Of a stretch of DNA of 64,000 bases, positions 49,428 to 59,886 are shown piece by piece. The notes beneath the pieces are model-generated. The model ran no database searches, was not told where the DNA came from, and worked only from the letters and a program-made list of their open reading frames with translations. The first letter of the stretch is position 1, and the number at the start of each line of letters is the position of its first letter. Source of the stretch: Candidatus Uhrbacteria bacterium (GTDB taxonomy: Bacteria > Patescibacteriota > Patescibacteriia > JACQRZ01); the NCBI GenBank assembly GCA_016188385.1, contig JACPHV010000021.1, forward strand, positions 2,649 through 66,648, written 5' to 3'. Position numbers and translations under genes: made by a program.

Positions 49428-49601
49428 TGAGACCGTAGCAAAATATCAGATGGTACGAGTCTTCCGGCTCCTTTCCGCCCAATTTCATCCCAAAAAGGCG
49501 CTGAACTTGTCGGAATACTCCAGTATTCCTTCGCGTTCATCATCCTTTTTGGAACGAAATTGAATCGGAAATGACCTGGAAGCTATTTTTCTACAGTCTC
49601 A
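49428..49601. repeat. 174-bp palindromic repeat, copy 2 (inverted relative to copy 1)
   Basis: Reverse complement of 6803-6975 with a few substitutions and one indel; lies between ftsH and the PilB gene. Confidence 0.92.
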
Positions 49602-49608
49602 AGTTATT

Positions 49609-51477
49609 TCAAGTTTTTGGCTCATCGGATAGTTTTGTGTTCGCGTTCTGATGCTCGTCTTCTTTCTCTCCAAAAAGCTTGGCGAATTCATCATGTTCTA
49701 TCGTTTCTTTCTCTGTTAAGACAGCAACGATTTGCTCAAGAGTTTCCCGATGCTTTGTGATTATATCTTTTGCTTGGTTGAATGCGTTTTTGATAAGCCG
49801 CGCGATCTCGGCATCGATCTGTTCCGCGGTCTTTTCGCTGTAGTCGCGTTGTTCGGTGATTTCCCTGCCGAGGAAGATTAATTCGTCGCGTTCTCCGAAC
49901 GTACGCTGTCCAAGACTCTCACTCATACCGTACTGCATTATAAGATTGCGGGCAAGCTTTGTAGCTTTTTTCAAATCGCTGCTTGCGCCTGTGGTTACAT
50001 CGCCAAATACTATGTGCTCGGATACGTATCCCCCGAGCAGCACCGCCAATTCACTCAAAAATTCAGCGCGCGACTTAAAATGCTTGTCTTCGGTCGGAAG
50101 GTTCAATGTATACCCGGCTGCCTGACCGCGCGATATCACTGATACTTTTTGCACTGCCGGCGCTTCGGGAAGGATATGAGAGACCAGTGCGTGTCCGCCT
50201 TCATGGTATGCGGTGATCTTTTTTTCTTTTTCAGATATGATATGGCTTTTGCGCTCCGGACCAAGAATGACTTTTTCAATGCTGTTAAACAGATCAACCA
50301 TGGTTACTGTTTTCCTATTTTCCCGTGCCGCCATAATAGCGGCTTCATTCATAAGATTCGCGAGGTCGGCTCCGGAAAACCCTGGAGTGCGTTCAGCGAC
50401 TTTACGCAGAGACACTCCTTCGGCAAAAGGTTTTTTCTTGGCATGCACATTGAGGATCGCTTCGCGGTCATCAAGGCTTGGCAGGTCTATTACCACGCGC
50501 CGATCAAAACGTCCTGGACGCAACAACGCAGGATCGAGAATATCCGGACGATTGGTTGCCGCAAGCACGACTACATTTGCCGAGGGGTCAAATCCGTCTA
50601 ACTCAACAAGAATCTGATTCAAGGTCTGTTCTCGTTCGTCATGCGATCCGCCTAAGCCCGCGCCACGCTGGCGGCCTACGGCATCAATTTCATCAATAAA
50701 AATGATGCATGGCGCGCTTTTCTTCGCGCGTTGAAACGTATCGCGCACTCGGCTCGCGCCGACACCGACAAACATTTCAATGAACTCGGAACCGGATACA
50801 TGGAAAAACGGGACGTCAGCTTCGCCTGCGACGGCTTTTGCAAGGAGTGTCTTGCCGGTACCCGGCGCTCCGACAAGTAAAGTGCCCTTCGGTACGCGGG
50901 CGCCGAGATCAGTGAATTTTCCGGGATTTTTGAGAAATTCAATTACCTCCGCAAGTTCTTCCTTTGCTTCTTTAGCTCCCGCCACATCGGTAAATGTCAC
51001 TTTCTCCTTTGTGCCTTTTTCATATTGCCGCACACGGCTCGCACCAAACATCATGGCGCGATTACTCGCGCCTTGTACCTGGCGTATCATCAGCCAAATA
51101 AAAAACGCGACGATTAAAAACGGCAGCACAAGCGTCAATGCCGTACTAATCCAGAATAAAGCGCGGGCATCGGCCACCTCAATCGTTGTCTTTCGTAAAA
51201 TCTCGGGATCAACTCCGTAATTGCTCAACAGGGTACTCAACGATTCCGTCGGTTCCTTATAAATAACATGCTCGGTCTTGTCGGAAAGTGACACAGTGAT
51301 CGTATCTCCTTTTACCAGAATCTTTTCAGCTTTCTGTTCGGTGATATCGGAAACGAGCACTTCGATACCGACTTCCTTTTTCTGCGGAAGATTTTGCGCG
51401 GTATATAGGCTAAAAAACGCTCCTGCCGCAAAAAGTACGACAAAAAAAATAATGATATTTTTTACTAATGGATTCAT
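49609..51477 (-). CDS. ftsH: ATP-dependent zinc metalloprotease FtsH
   Basis: 2 [29 protein letters not shown]. Confidence 0.98.
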   Translation of the reverse strand: MNPLVKNIIIFFVVLFAAGAFFSLYTAQNLPQKKEVGIEVLVSDITEQKAEKILVKGDTITVSLSDKTEHVIYKEPTESLSTLLSNYGVDPEILRKTTIEVADARALFWISTALTLVLPFLIVAFFIWLMIRQVQGASNRAMMFGASRVRQYEKGTKEKVTFTDVAGAKEAKEELAEVIEFLKNPGKFTDLGARVPKGTLLVGAPGTGKTLLAKAVAGEADVPFFHVSGSEFIEMFVGVGASRVRDTFQRAKKSAPCIIFIDEIDAVGRQRGAGLGGSHDEREQTLNQILVELDGFDPSANVVVLAATNRPDILDPALLRPGRFDRRVVIDLPSLDDREAILNVHAKKKPFAEGVSLRKVAERTPGFSGADLANLMNEAAIMAARENRKTVTMVDLFNSIEKVILGPERKSHIISEKEKKITAYHEGGHALVSHILPEAPAVQKVSVISRGQAAGYTLNLPTEDKHFKSRAEFLSELAVLLGGYVSEHIVFGDVTTGASSDLKKATKLARNLIMQYGMSESLGQRTFGERDELIFLGREITEQRDYSEKTAEQIDAEIARLIKNAFNQAKDIITKHRETLEQIVAVLTEKETIEHDEFAKLFGEKEDEHQNANTKLSDEPKT

Positions 51478-51541
51478 GTATTGATTATTTAATTACCAAT
51501 GCCTCTTCGAAACACTATGTTTGAGGGGCTATTACGTGCTT

Positions 51542-52774
51542 CTATGCCGATGGTTGATCTTGTTTTTCTGATCCTTCTTCCGGAGGAACTGCGGGAGTAT
51601 CTTGTGTGCTTGCTTCCGGAGCTGCACTATCAGGAGTATCGTCGACAGACCGTTGTTCTTGCGTTGACTGTGTTTTTTCGCGGAGCGCTTTGATACTCAA
51701 TCCAAGTCGGTGCTCTTTTGGCTCGATGGAAATAATGCGAAACTCCATATCTTCGCCTGCCTTCGCGATCTCATTAGGATCGATGTTCGGCTTGGTCGAA
51801 AGCTCGGATACATGAGCAAGGCCGTGAATTTCCGGATCGAGTTCTACGAACAATCCGAATGGATTCACTTTCAACACTTTTCCGATCACCGCCTGACCGA
51901 CGGTAAAGCGATTTTGCACTTCGTCCCAAGGATCTCTGATGAGTTTCTTCATTGAAAGAAAAATCTTGGATCGTTCAATCTTAATGATTTCCGCTTTAAT
52001 CTTTTGACCGGGACTTACTACATCGCGCGGATCATCGATGCGCTGCCATGCAAGCTCCGATATGTGGACCAAACCTTCCAGCGAATCTCCAAACTGGACG
52101 AATGCGCCGAAATCAGTGATCACGGTGACTGTGCCTTCGATAACATCGCCGACTTTATAGCTCGATATGATATCGCGCTGTTGTTCCTCCCATGCCTCCT
52201 TTTCAGAGACAATCAATTTATTCTCGCTTTCATTGACATCAATCACTTTCACATCAAACATTTCGTTGACGTATTGGCGAAGGCGCTCAAGAATTTTATT
52301 TTTATCCCCTCCTTGGATGCGCGGATAATGTTCAGGGCACAATTGCGATACCGGCATGAAACCGTTCACCTTGCCGCATGTCACCATAAGGCCGCCTTTG
52401 TTCGCATCAACGATGCGCGCTTGCACGATCTGGCCGGATTTCATCAACTCGATAAGATGGTCCCAAGCCTTTTTATGGCCTGCGGCGCGGAAAGAAAGCT
52501 CCAGGATCCCCTGTTCATTTTCCAGATCAAGTACGGTTGCCGCGACAGTGTCGCCTACCGAAAGTTCAGAGTACTCTCCGGATTCATCAATCAACTCAAA
52601 ACCACGGACAACACCTGTAGCGATACCGCCGATGTCCACAAGAACTTCATTTTTACTTGCGGACAAAATCGTGCCCTCTACCAAGTCTCCGCTCTTAGGT
52701 AATACCTGCGAATACTGATCAACCAGCTCTTTCATCTCATCTATTGGCTGGATCTCTGCTATTTGTGTTGTCAT
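51542..52774 (-). CDS. rpsA: 30S ribosomal protein S1 (4 S1 domains, acidic tail)
   Basis: FGAFV..EGLVHISEL and FGLFVEL..HGLAHVSEL repeats; start MTTQIA at 52774. Confidence 0.93.
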   Translation of the reverse strand: MTTQIAEIQPIDEMKELVDQYSQVLPKSGDLVEGTILSASKNEVLVDIGGIATGVVRGFELIDESGEYSELSVGDTVAATVLDLENEQGILELSFRAAGHKKAWDHLIELMKSGQIVQARIVDANKGGLMVTCGKVNGFMPVSQLCPEHYPRIQGGDKNKILERLRQYVNEMFDVKVIDVNESENKLIVSEKEAWEEQQRDIISSYKVGDVIEGTVTVITDFGAFVQFGDSLEGLVHISELAWQRIDDPRDVVSPGQKIKAEIIKIERSKIFLSMKKLIRDPWDEVQNRFTVGQAVIGKVLKVNPFGLFVELDPEIHGLAHVSELSTKPNIDPNEIAKAGEDMEFRIISIEPKEHRLGLSIKALREKTQSTQEQRSVDDTPDSAAPEASTQDTPAVPPEEGSEKQDQPSA

Positions 52775-52822
52775 ACTCTTATGAATAAAATTATGAATAA
52801 TCCTATAGTAATAGCTCAACGG

Positions 52823-54811
52823 CTATTTCACGATAAACATGGTAAGCAAAATTGCGACGATATTAACGATTTTAATCATGGGGTTAATTGCCGGCCCCGC
52901 TGTATCTTTATACGGGTCTCCGACCGTATCGCCTGTAACTGCCGCCTGATGCGCAAAAGAACCTTTACCGCCATAGTTTCCTTCTTCGATATATTTTTTT
53001 GCATTATCCCATGCGCCGCCGCCGGATGTCATAGAGATCGCGACGAATATGCCGGTGATAATACACCCGACAAGCATGCCGCCAAGCGCGGAAGCGCCAA
53101 GCAAGAACCACACGGCAATTGGTGCGGCGATCGGGATAAGCGAAGGAATAATCATCTCACGGATCGCAGCGCTCGTTACAATATCCACCGCTCTTGCGTA
53201 ATCCGGTTTTGCCGTTCCATCCATAATTCCCGTTATTTCTCGAAACTGCCTGCGCACTTCGTCAACGACCTTACCCCCTGTCTTACCGACAGCCTCCATA
53301 CAGAGCGCCGCGAAATAATAAGGAAGTAGGCCGCCGATAAACAACCCGACGAGCACATAGGGATCATTGATTAAAAAAGTTAAATCTTTGGGCAGCGCGT
53401 GCGTGTAATCAGCAAATAACACGAGCGCGGCTAAGCCGGCTGAACCAATAGCATACCCTTTCGTAACAGCTTTGGTGGTATTGCCAACCGCATCAAGCGG
53501 ATCGGTGACAGCTCGCACTTCCGCCGGAAGCTCTGCCATTTCCGCGATGCCGCCGGCATTATCAGTGATCGGACCGTACGAATCAATCGCAACAATAATT
53601 CCGGCCATGGAAAGCATCGCCATTGCGGCAACCGCAATGCCATACAAACCGGCGAGACTAAACGCGCCGAGGATCGCGCCGCTAATCACGATTACCGGCA
53701 AACCGGTTGATTTCATCGATACCGCAAGTCCGGTAATGATATTGGTCGCGTGGCCGGTCTGCGAACTTGCGGCTATACTGCGCACCGGATTAAATTTTGT
53801 CGAAGTATAATACTCCGTGATCAGGACGAAAAGCGCCGTTACGCCAAGACCGATCAAAGATGAAAAATAAAGCGAACGCGTGTCATATACTCCGTTGCCG
53901 GCCATCAGATATTCAGTCGCGAAATAAAATACAATAGCTGAAAGCGCGGCGCTTACAAATAATCCGCGATAGAGAGCTCCCATGATATTTTTTCCGCGGC
54001 CCAAACGAATGAAGAATCCGCCGATAACGGATGTAATAATGGAAAGGCCGCCGAGTACGAGCGGGAAAAGGGCCGCGTTATCAAATCCGGAGAATACATA
54101 TGCTCCCAACACCATGGTAGCAACGGCAGTGACTGCATACGTTTCAAATAGGTCTGCTGCCATACCGGCGCAATCGCCTACGTTATCGCCCACATTGTCG
54201 GCAATCACCGCTGGATTGCGCGGATCATCTTCCGGAATACCGGCTTCCACCTTACCAACGAGATCAGCGCCGACATCAGCCGCTTTCGTAAAAATGCCGC
54301 CGCCGATACGAGCGAATACGGAGATCAAGCTGCCGCCAAACCCTAACCCGATCAGATATAAGACGTTATTGGTAATCGCGTAAAAACCGGCGACACCAAG
54401 GAGCGCCAGACCGACAACAAGCAAACCTGTCACCATGCCTCCTCTGACAGCTACTGAAAGCGCGTGAGGTAATCCATGTTTAGCGGCCTCGGCAGTGCGC
54501 ACATTCGCCCTCACGGATACATACATACCGATATATCCTGCAAGCGCGGAAAATACGGCGCCAACAACAAAAGCCGCGCTTGTATACCAATTGATAAAAA
54601 ATCCAATCAATAAAGCAACAAGTATCGCGACAACCGAAATCGTACGGTATTGGCGATTGAGGTAAGCGCTCGCGCCTTCTTGGATCGATCCGGCGATTGC
54701 TTTCATTTTGTCCGAACCGACAGGCTCGCGTAGCACTCGACGTATCAAGACAAGACCGTAGACGATTGCCAACGTCGCTGCTCCAAGAGAAAAAAGAAGT
54801 GATTGAGACAT
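52823..54811 (-). CDS. hppA: Membrane H+-translocating pyrophosphatase, K+-independent type
   Basis: [31 protein letters not shown]; GNTTKA (Lys marks the K+-independent type). Confidence 0.95.
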   Translation of the reverse strand: MSQSLLFSLGAATLAIVYGLVLIRRVLREPVGSDKMKAIAGSIQEGASAYLNRQYRTISVVAILVALLIGFFINWYTSAAFVVGAVFSALAGYIGMYVSVRANVRTAEAAKHGLPHALSVAVRGGMVTGLLVVGLALLGVAGFYAITNNVLYLIGLGFGGSLISVFARIGGGIFTKAADVGADLVGKVEAGIPEDDPRNPAVIADNVGDNVGDCAGMAADLFETYAVTAVATMVLGAYVFSGFDNAALFPLVLGGLSIITSVIGGFFIRLGRGKNIMGALYRGLFVSAALSAIVFYFATEYLMAGNGVYDTRSLYFSSLIGLGVTALFVLITEYYTSTKFNPVRSIAASSQTGHATNIITGLAVSMKSTGLPVIVISGAILGAFSLAGLYGIAVAAMAMLSMAGIIVAIDSYGPITDNAGGIAEMAELPAEVRAVTDPLDAVGNTTKAVTKGYAIGSAGLAALVLFADYTHALPKDLTFLINDPYVLVGLFIGGLLPYYFAALCMEAVGKTGGKVVDEVRRQFREITGIMDGTAKPDYARAVDIVTSAAIREMIIPSLIPIAAPIAVWFLLGASALGGMLVGCIITGIFVAISMTSGGGAWDNAKKYIEEGNYGGKGSFAHQAAVTGDTVGDPYKDTAGPAINPMIKIVNIVAILLTMFIVK

Positions 54812-54846
54812 ACAGAAAATAGAATTGCGGAGAGCAAATTTATGGT

Positions 54847-56160
54847 TTAAGAATCTACTGATTTTTCTTTTTCGAATTCGCTCGATTCTTCCTGTTCTTC
54901 ATGCGTAGCCTCGCTGATTTCTTCCGCGGACGCGAATTCTTGTCCGTCCTCTTGCCGCTCTTCTGTCGGTTCGACAGTCTCGCCGGTTTCCACGTATTCA
55001 AGCGCCTGTTCTTCTTCCACAGGTTTGGTTTTTTGGCCACGCACTTCGATATTCCATCCGGTAAGCTGCGATGCGAGACGCACATTTTGACCCAACTTTC
55101 CAATGGCCAGAGAAAGCTGGTCTTCTCCCACAAGCACGCGGGCGAGCTTCGCTTTTTCATCAAGTTCAATTGATGTCACTTTCGCAGGCGAAAGGGCGTT
55201 TGCAATGTATTGTTTGGAATCTTCGTCAAAGAGTATGAGATCAACTTTTTCGCCGCCCAACTCCGCGACAATGGTTTGGATCCTTCCGCCGCGCTGGCCG
55301 ATGCATGATCCGATCGGATCAATCGCTTCTTGTGCGGAACATACCGCAACTTTGGAACGGCTCCCTGCCTCTCGGCTTACGCCTTTGATCTCGATTGAGC
55401 CGCTTGCGATCTCGGGAATCTCCGCTTCAAAAATCTTTTTCACCATACCGGGATGCGCGCGAGAGACGATCATTTCCGGACCTTTGATGCTTGACTGGAC
55501 GGAAACGACATAGACTTTCACGCGTTCACCGGGAACATATCGTTCGCGCGGGATCTGTTCAGAGATCGGCATGATGGCAGTCACTTTCCCAAAATCAACA
55601 AGTACGCGATGCTCTTCTCGTCGCTGTACGATGCCGATAACGATCGTATCCTCTTTGGATTTGAATTGACCGTAAATTAATGCTCGTTCCGCTTCGCGAT
55701 CTTTTTGGATCAATACCTGTTTTGCGGTTTGCGCCGCCATGCGTCCGAACGCGTCAAAATCAACAGGGGGAAGTTTGGTACGGACTTCATCGCCAAGCTG
55801 GACATCTTCTTGAGTCTTACGCGCTTCACTAATCATCACATCAGTCTTCGGATTAAAACGAGGCTTTCCTTCGACTTCGTCTTCTTCAGATGCTTCCGGA
55901 CCTACTTCCGGCAGTTCTTCGTCTTGCTCGGCTGCTTGCAGCTCTTCTTCGGTATAATCCGGTACTACCGTTTTTACGTCGAAGACGGTGAATGTGCCCT
56001 GCTTGAGGTCAAACTCTACTTTGATATTTTCATTCTTTTTTCCGAAATCTTTTCGGTAGGCAGCAGCAAGCGCCGCTTCGAGCCCTTCTACGACCTGCTC
56101 TTGCGGAATGCCCTTTTCATCACTGATTAGTTTGATCGCTGATGCGATTGGATTGTTCAT
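54847..56160 (-). CDS. nusA: Transcription termination factor NusA
   Basis: [12 protein letters not shown]1 and KH domains ([29 protein letters not shown]). Confidence 0.97.
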   Translation of the reverse strand: MNNPIASAIKLISDEKGIPQEQVVEGLEAALAAAYRKDFGKKNENIKVEFDLKQGTFTVFDVKTVVPDYTEEELQAAEQDEELPEVGPEASEEDEVEGKPRFNPKTDVMISEARKTQEDVQLGDEVRTKLPPVDFDAFGRMAAQTAKQVLIQKDREAERALIYGQFKSKEDTIVIGIVQRREEHRVLVDFGKVTAIMPISEQIPRERYVPGERVKVYVVSVQSSIKGPEMIVSRAHPGMVKKIFEAEIPEIASGSIEIKGVSREAGSRSKVAVCSAQEAIDPIGSCIGQRGGRIQTIVAELGGEKVDLILFDEDSKQYIANALSPAKVTSIELDEKAKLARVLVGEDQLSLAIGKLGQNVRLASQLTGWNIEVRGQKTKPVEEEQALEYVETGETVEPTEERQEDGQEFASAEEISEATHEEQEESSEFEKEKSVDS

Positions 56161-56179
56161 ATACAAGCAATTAGCTCTA

Positions 56180-56218
56180 GAAACGAAAATGGATAGTGTA
56201 CTATTTCAGTAACTATCC
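56180..56218 (-). terminator. Weak-U-tract hairpin in the nusA leader
   Basis: GGATAGT-TACT-GAAAT-AGTA-C-ACTATCC + ATTTTCGTTTC, downstream of a TTGACA-18-TATAGT promoter. Confidence 0.55.
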
Positions 56219-56343
56219 TTATATGGACGTACTATATAATAAAGGAAAGGAGACTGTCAAGAGATGGGGACGGATAAAAAAATCCCGCTGGCAATGGCCT
56301 GACGGGAAAAATCGCGGGAAATACCCGGACTGTAAAGTTCGTG

Positions 56344-57075
56344 CTACCGCAAACGCGGGGCGACTTCTTCGAGCTGACGCGCTTCGGCCTCCGAAAGACC
56401 GAGCTTGGCCGGCTCGATTGCCTCTTCCGTTAAGTAATACCATAGCACGCCCGCGGCATCGCACCAGCCACCCTTGGCTTCATCGCGCCATCGCTTCTTG
56501 AGCGACGGAGCTATTGCGGCCGCATGCTGCTCGATTGCTTTACGGATCTCGCCTTTCGAGGCGATATTGGCATCCTTATTGTCGGGAATCTTTGCCTGTG
56601 CCAGATGATAGCGGAGCGTTTGGGCTATATCGCCATTGCTCCCAACCTGGATATGCTGCAAAAAAAATTCCGACTCGCTCATAATCTCCTTGTACTCACA
56701 CCGCGAAGGGAAATAAATCCCACTGCGGAGCCGCCGCGTAAGTTCAAGGGCCATTGCTCGCGCCGATTCAGCAAGAGTAACCTCGGTACGACTCTCACTG
56801 AACGGGTACCAATTAGTGTTAAGCTTCATGAGTACCACAACGTTTGCCTTCTGGTACCGATCCCACGTGTAGGCGCTTGTGGCGTAGATCCGATGGAGTT
56901 CGCAAACGCGATGCTCCCGCCCGAGTCGTTCCACATCGGCATCGCGGATCACTTTGATAAACTTGTCGGAAAGCACTTTCGCCTCCAGCGAGGCCCGACT
57001 TGGCTTTGCAGCCGCAAAACCTGGCGTGCCAATGACTGCCGCAACGGCGACAATTGCAGCCAAACGGATATCCAT
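56344..57075 (-). CDS. Hypothetical secreted protein
   Basis: Signal peptide MDIRLAAIVAVAAVIGTPGFAAA; SD GAGGAGGAG; own promoter and terminator. Confidence 0.7.
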   Translation of the reverse strand: MDIRLAAIVAVAAVIGTPGFAAAKPSRASLEAKVLSDKFIKVIRDADVERLGREHRVCELHRIYATSAYTWDRYQKANVVVLMKLNTNWYPFSESRTEVTLAESARAMALELTRRLRSGIYFPSRCEYKEIMSESEFFLQHIQVGSNGDIAQTLRYHLAQAKIPDNKDANIASKGEIRKAIEQHAAAIAPSLKKRWRDEAKGGWCDAAGVLWYYLTEEAIEPAKLGLSEAEARQLEEVAPRLR

Positions 57076-57176
57076 TTCTCCTCCTCATAGAATCAAGGTC
57101 CAATACTTTTGAAAAAAACTGTATCATGCCTAACCGCTGGTTGTCAATATTAAAGAAGCCGCACCACAGGGTACGG

Positions 57177-58838
57177 CTATTCGAGAGGTGAAAAGCCATA
57201 AGCTCTCACCTTTGCTTGAACGGTTGAAAAGCCGCTGTGATACAGACGGGACGCCCACGACTCGCTGTATCCGAGAAACTTCCCGATCTCGGAAAATGAT
57301 TTCCCTGCGATCAGACGAAGTTCAACCGCCGACCTTTGGTCGTACGGCAGCCCTTCAAGCAAAGCCTGAATCAATGCTTCAAGCTTTGCATTCCTCGCGT
57401 TTTTCTCCTGCCGATACTCATCTTCAAGCAGGAGTTGCTCGGGCGTGGCTGCCGGGCTTACAAGCATGTCAAGAAGCGACGTATCGCCGTCATCAGACAG
57501 CGGTGCGTCAAGTTCGACAGTGCCCCAGATGAGCAACTGCAACTTGTCCAGCCGCTTCTGTTCGTCCGGAGTGAGACCGACTTTTTTACTCTTCCGGCGC
57601 AATCCTTCCGCCGCTCTTAGTTCGCTTGCCTTATCTGTTTCAGCCCTGAAACCATCGAGAATCGCTCCCTTAATGTAGTACGCGGCAAACGTATTGAAAT
57701 TAGCGGCGTGTTCTTTTTCCGGATCGTACTTCTCTGCTGCCTGCAAGAGCCCGATGATACCGAGACTGACAAGGTCTTCGAACTCTGCTAAACGGCTGAC
57801 CGTTCGCAAACAGATGTTCGCCACTGATCTCACGGTTGTGAGATGCGCCTCGACGAGCTTGCGTCGAAGCAGAGGATTCGCGCGATCAGCACAGAATGCA
57901 GACACGATCTCGCTCTTTTCTTGCGACGAATACTTTCGGAATTTGAGAACACCGGGGATATGACCAGCGGCAACCTCATCCTCATTGAGACTACCGTTTT
58001 GGTCGATCCCACCCTCGATGGGTTTGTATTGTCGAGAAGGTCTCCGGACCTTCTTACGGAGGAGCTTCAAGAGATGGTGCTCGCTACGTCGTGGCGTGTC
58101 TGACTCTCGGCGCTTATGACAGGCAACGACTTCTGCCTGTGCTGCTTGTGCAATCACGCCAAGACTGATATCGCGCATGCGGTGTTTTGCCTGCATTTTA
58201 CGTTGGGTAATCGTGATCTTCGCGTATCCGAGCTCCTGCGCAATTTGTTCGTCAGTCTTGCCCGCGAAGTATAGGCGCAGAACGTCCAACTCACGAGTCG
58301 GGATGCGTCCGACCTGCTCGTCAGACAAATCCGCAAAGATCGTTGCAAGAATCCGTCGATGTTCTCTATACGAATTCGTTGCGTCATGCGTATGCCACCG
58401 TTGTATCGGCGTTTGTTGCACCGCGTCCACATCGACCGGCAGCATATCTCCAGTCGATCTTTCGGCGATCTTGTCCGCGCTGGCAGAAACAGAGCGTGCT
58501 CCAGCCGGATGAGCTTTCGTAATGATTATACGATGCCAATCATTCCGTGGAGCCTCGAGGATGTCGCGCAGCCGTTTGAGCGCTCGCGTCTTGTATTGGG
58601 GTACTTCATTCTCCCGAATAATCAAGATCGAAGCGATCTGCCGCGGACTCATTCCTCGAGGATAATACAAATCGAGGATCTCTCGATCGACTTTTGCGAG
58701 CTGGCCAACCTCGTCAGACGTGACGAGGTTGAGAATCCGACAAATCGCATACTTGCGATATTGCCGTTCCCTGTGGTCGTCATATCTCCGGAACCACATC
58801 CGGATTTCTTCTAACCGTTCTTGTGTTTCAAAGAACAT
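57177..58838 (-). CDS. Sigma-70 family factor (FliA/WhiG-like core) with two extra N-terminal HTH domains
   Basis: Region 2 EDLVSLGIIGLLQAAEKYDP..FNTFA..IKGAILD; region 3 LDAPL; region 4 SFSEIGKFLG; two upstream sigma4/LuxR-like HTHs; SD AAAGGAGG. Confidence 0.85.
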   Translation of the reverse strand: MFFETQERLEEIRMWFRRYDDHRERQYRKYAICRILNLVTSDEVGQLAKVDREILDLYYPRGMSPRQIASILIIRENEVPQYKTRALKRLRDILEAPRNDWHRIIITKAHPAGARSVSASADKIAERSTGDMLPVDVDAVQQTPIQRWHTHDATNSYREHRRILATIFADLSDEQVGRIPTRELDVLRLYFAGKTDEQIAQELGYAKITITQRKMQAKHRMRDISLGVIAQAAQAEVVACHKRRESDTPRRSEHHLLKLLRKKVRRPSRQYKPIEGGIDQNGSLNEDEVAAGHIPGVLKFRKYSSQEKSEIVSAFCADRANPLLRRKLVEAHLTTVRSVANICLRTVSRLAEFEDLVSLGIIGLLQAAEKYDPEKEHAANFNTFAAYYIKGAILDGFRAETDKASELRAAEGLRRKSKKVGLTPDEQKRLDKLQLLIWGTVELDAPLSDDGDTSLLDMLVSPAATPEQLLLEDEYRQEKNARNAKLEALIQALLEGLPYDQRSAVELRLIAGKSFSEIGKFLGYSESWASRLYHSGFSTVQAKVRAYGFSPLE

Positions 58839-58994
58839 CTCGTCACCTCCTTTCATCCTCATTTGAACGATAGTAAAGAAATGATACTTCAACGAGAATT
58901 TTTGTAAATGATACATAAAAAAACTGGCTCACCATATGGATGTTGCCAGCAAAGTTTTTCGGAGAGAATACGATTCTATTCTTGCGATTCTGAA

Positions 58995-59582
58995 TTACAG
59001 ATATGTGCGTAGGAAGGAAACGTTATCCGGTGAAAAACCGAATCGTTCCGTCGCATTATCTCCAAGCGCAAATGTTACGATGCCGTTCGCGCCAATGACG
59101 CGACGTCCAATAACAAACCTGCCGTGACGAACAAAATCGCTCATCGTCCCTTCCCATCGCCTGGCGCAATCATTGGAATGCACGATGCTCCCGATGTCTG
59201 TCACGATACCGACATGATCGATGATTGTGCCCATGAAGTGCTGTAGACGCGCGTCATGGATGTATACCAGATCTCCCGTGTCGATGCTTTCAATATCAAT
59301 TGCCATGCCGCAACGGCTTTCTGCCATTACATTTTGACCTATCCGTATCCTCGCCTTCTTGTACAGCAGGGATGCAAACACAAAGCACTCACATGTGTGG
59401 ACGATCCGCGGGGGCGCATCATATGGTTCTCCTCCGATCAGCGAATGGTCTGCGCGCATACTTTTAAAGATCGCTTTCCAGTCTATCGCGGCACGGTGAA
59501 TACCAATCGCAGCCAACCGTGCTTCCTCCTGTGCGGTGATCATTCCATCCGGCATGATCAAGCCGTTCCATTCATCTCGCAT
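58995..59582 (-). CDS. NlpC/P60-like protein
   Basis: CEC.., GDLVY, DHVGIV..IVHS, GRRV pattern; SD AAAGGAG before ATG 59582. Confidence 0.7.
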   Translation of the reverse strand: MRDEWNGLIMPDGMITAQEEARLAAIGIHRAAIDWKAIFKSMRADHSLIGGEPYDAPPRIVHTCECFVFASLLYKKARIRIGQNVMAESRCGMAIDIESIDTGDLVYIHDARLQHFMGTIIDHVGIVTDIGSIVHSNDCARRWEGTMSDFVRHGRFVIGRRVIGANGIVTFALGDNATERFGFSPDNVSFLRTYL

Positions 59583-59610
59583 CTTTTCTCCTTTCGCGAT
59601 TTTCGACAAT

Positions 59611-59637
59611 AACAAAAATCTGCCCCCAAGGGCAGAT
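59611..59637 (-). terminator. Attenuator terminator upstream of the NlpC/P60-like gene
   Basis: ATCTGCCC-TTGG-GGGCAGAT-TTTTGTT. Confidence 0.8.
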
Positions 59638-59668
59638 CGTGGATGGTGAGCGTTCGCTGCAACTCAAC

Positions 59669-59734
59669 TCAAAATCTCCCCTTGGACAAAAAGAGGGATG
59701 ATGAAAATGAGTTGTCGGAATAGATGGATTTCAT
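59669..59734 (-). CDS. Putative 21-aa Ser-rich leader peptide MKSIYSDNSFSSSLFLSKGRF
   Basis: ATG 6 nt after TTGACA-17-TACGAT; its 3' part is complementary to the terminator 5' arm. Confidence 0.65.
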   Translation of the reverse strand: MKSIYSDNSFSSSLFLSKGRF

Positions 59735-59886
59735 GGAAGTATCGTATCCCATCTAAGGTTCTCTGTCAACACGCTCATACTCCCGCGCGCAAGTATGGAT
59801 GTCAGCTGCATCCCCGCGACAATAGTGCTGGCTACGATGAAGTTCGATCGATTCGCTCGTAATGCGAAACTCCATACGGTCAAGGC

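Noticed and set aside
49354-49563. 69-aa ORF sharing ETVAKYQMV with the HAD tail
   Set aside because: Artefact of repeat copy 2; it overlaps the PilB start on the opposite strand.
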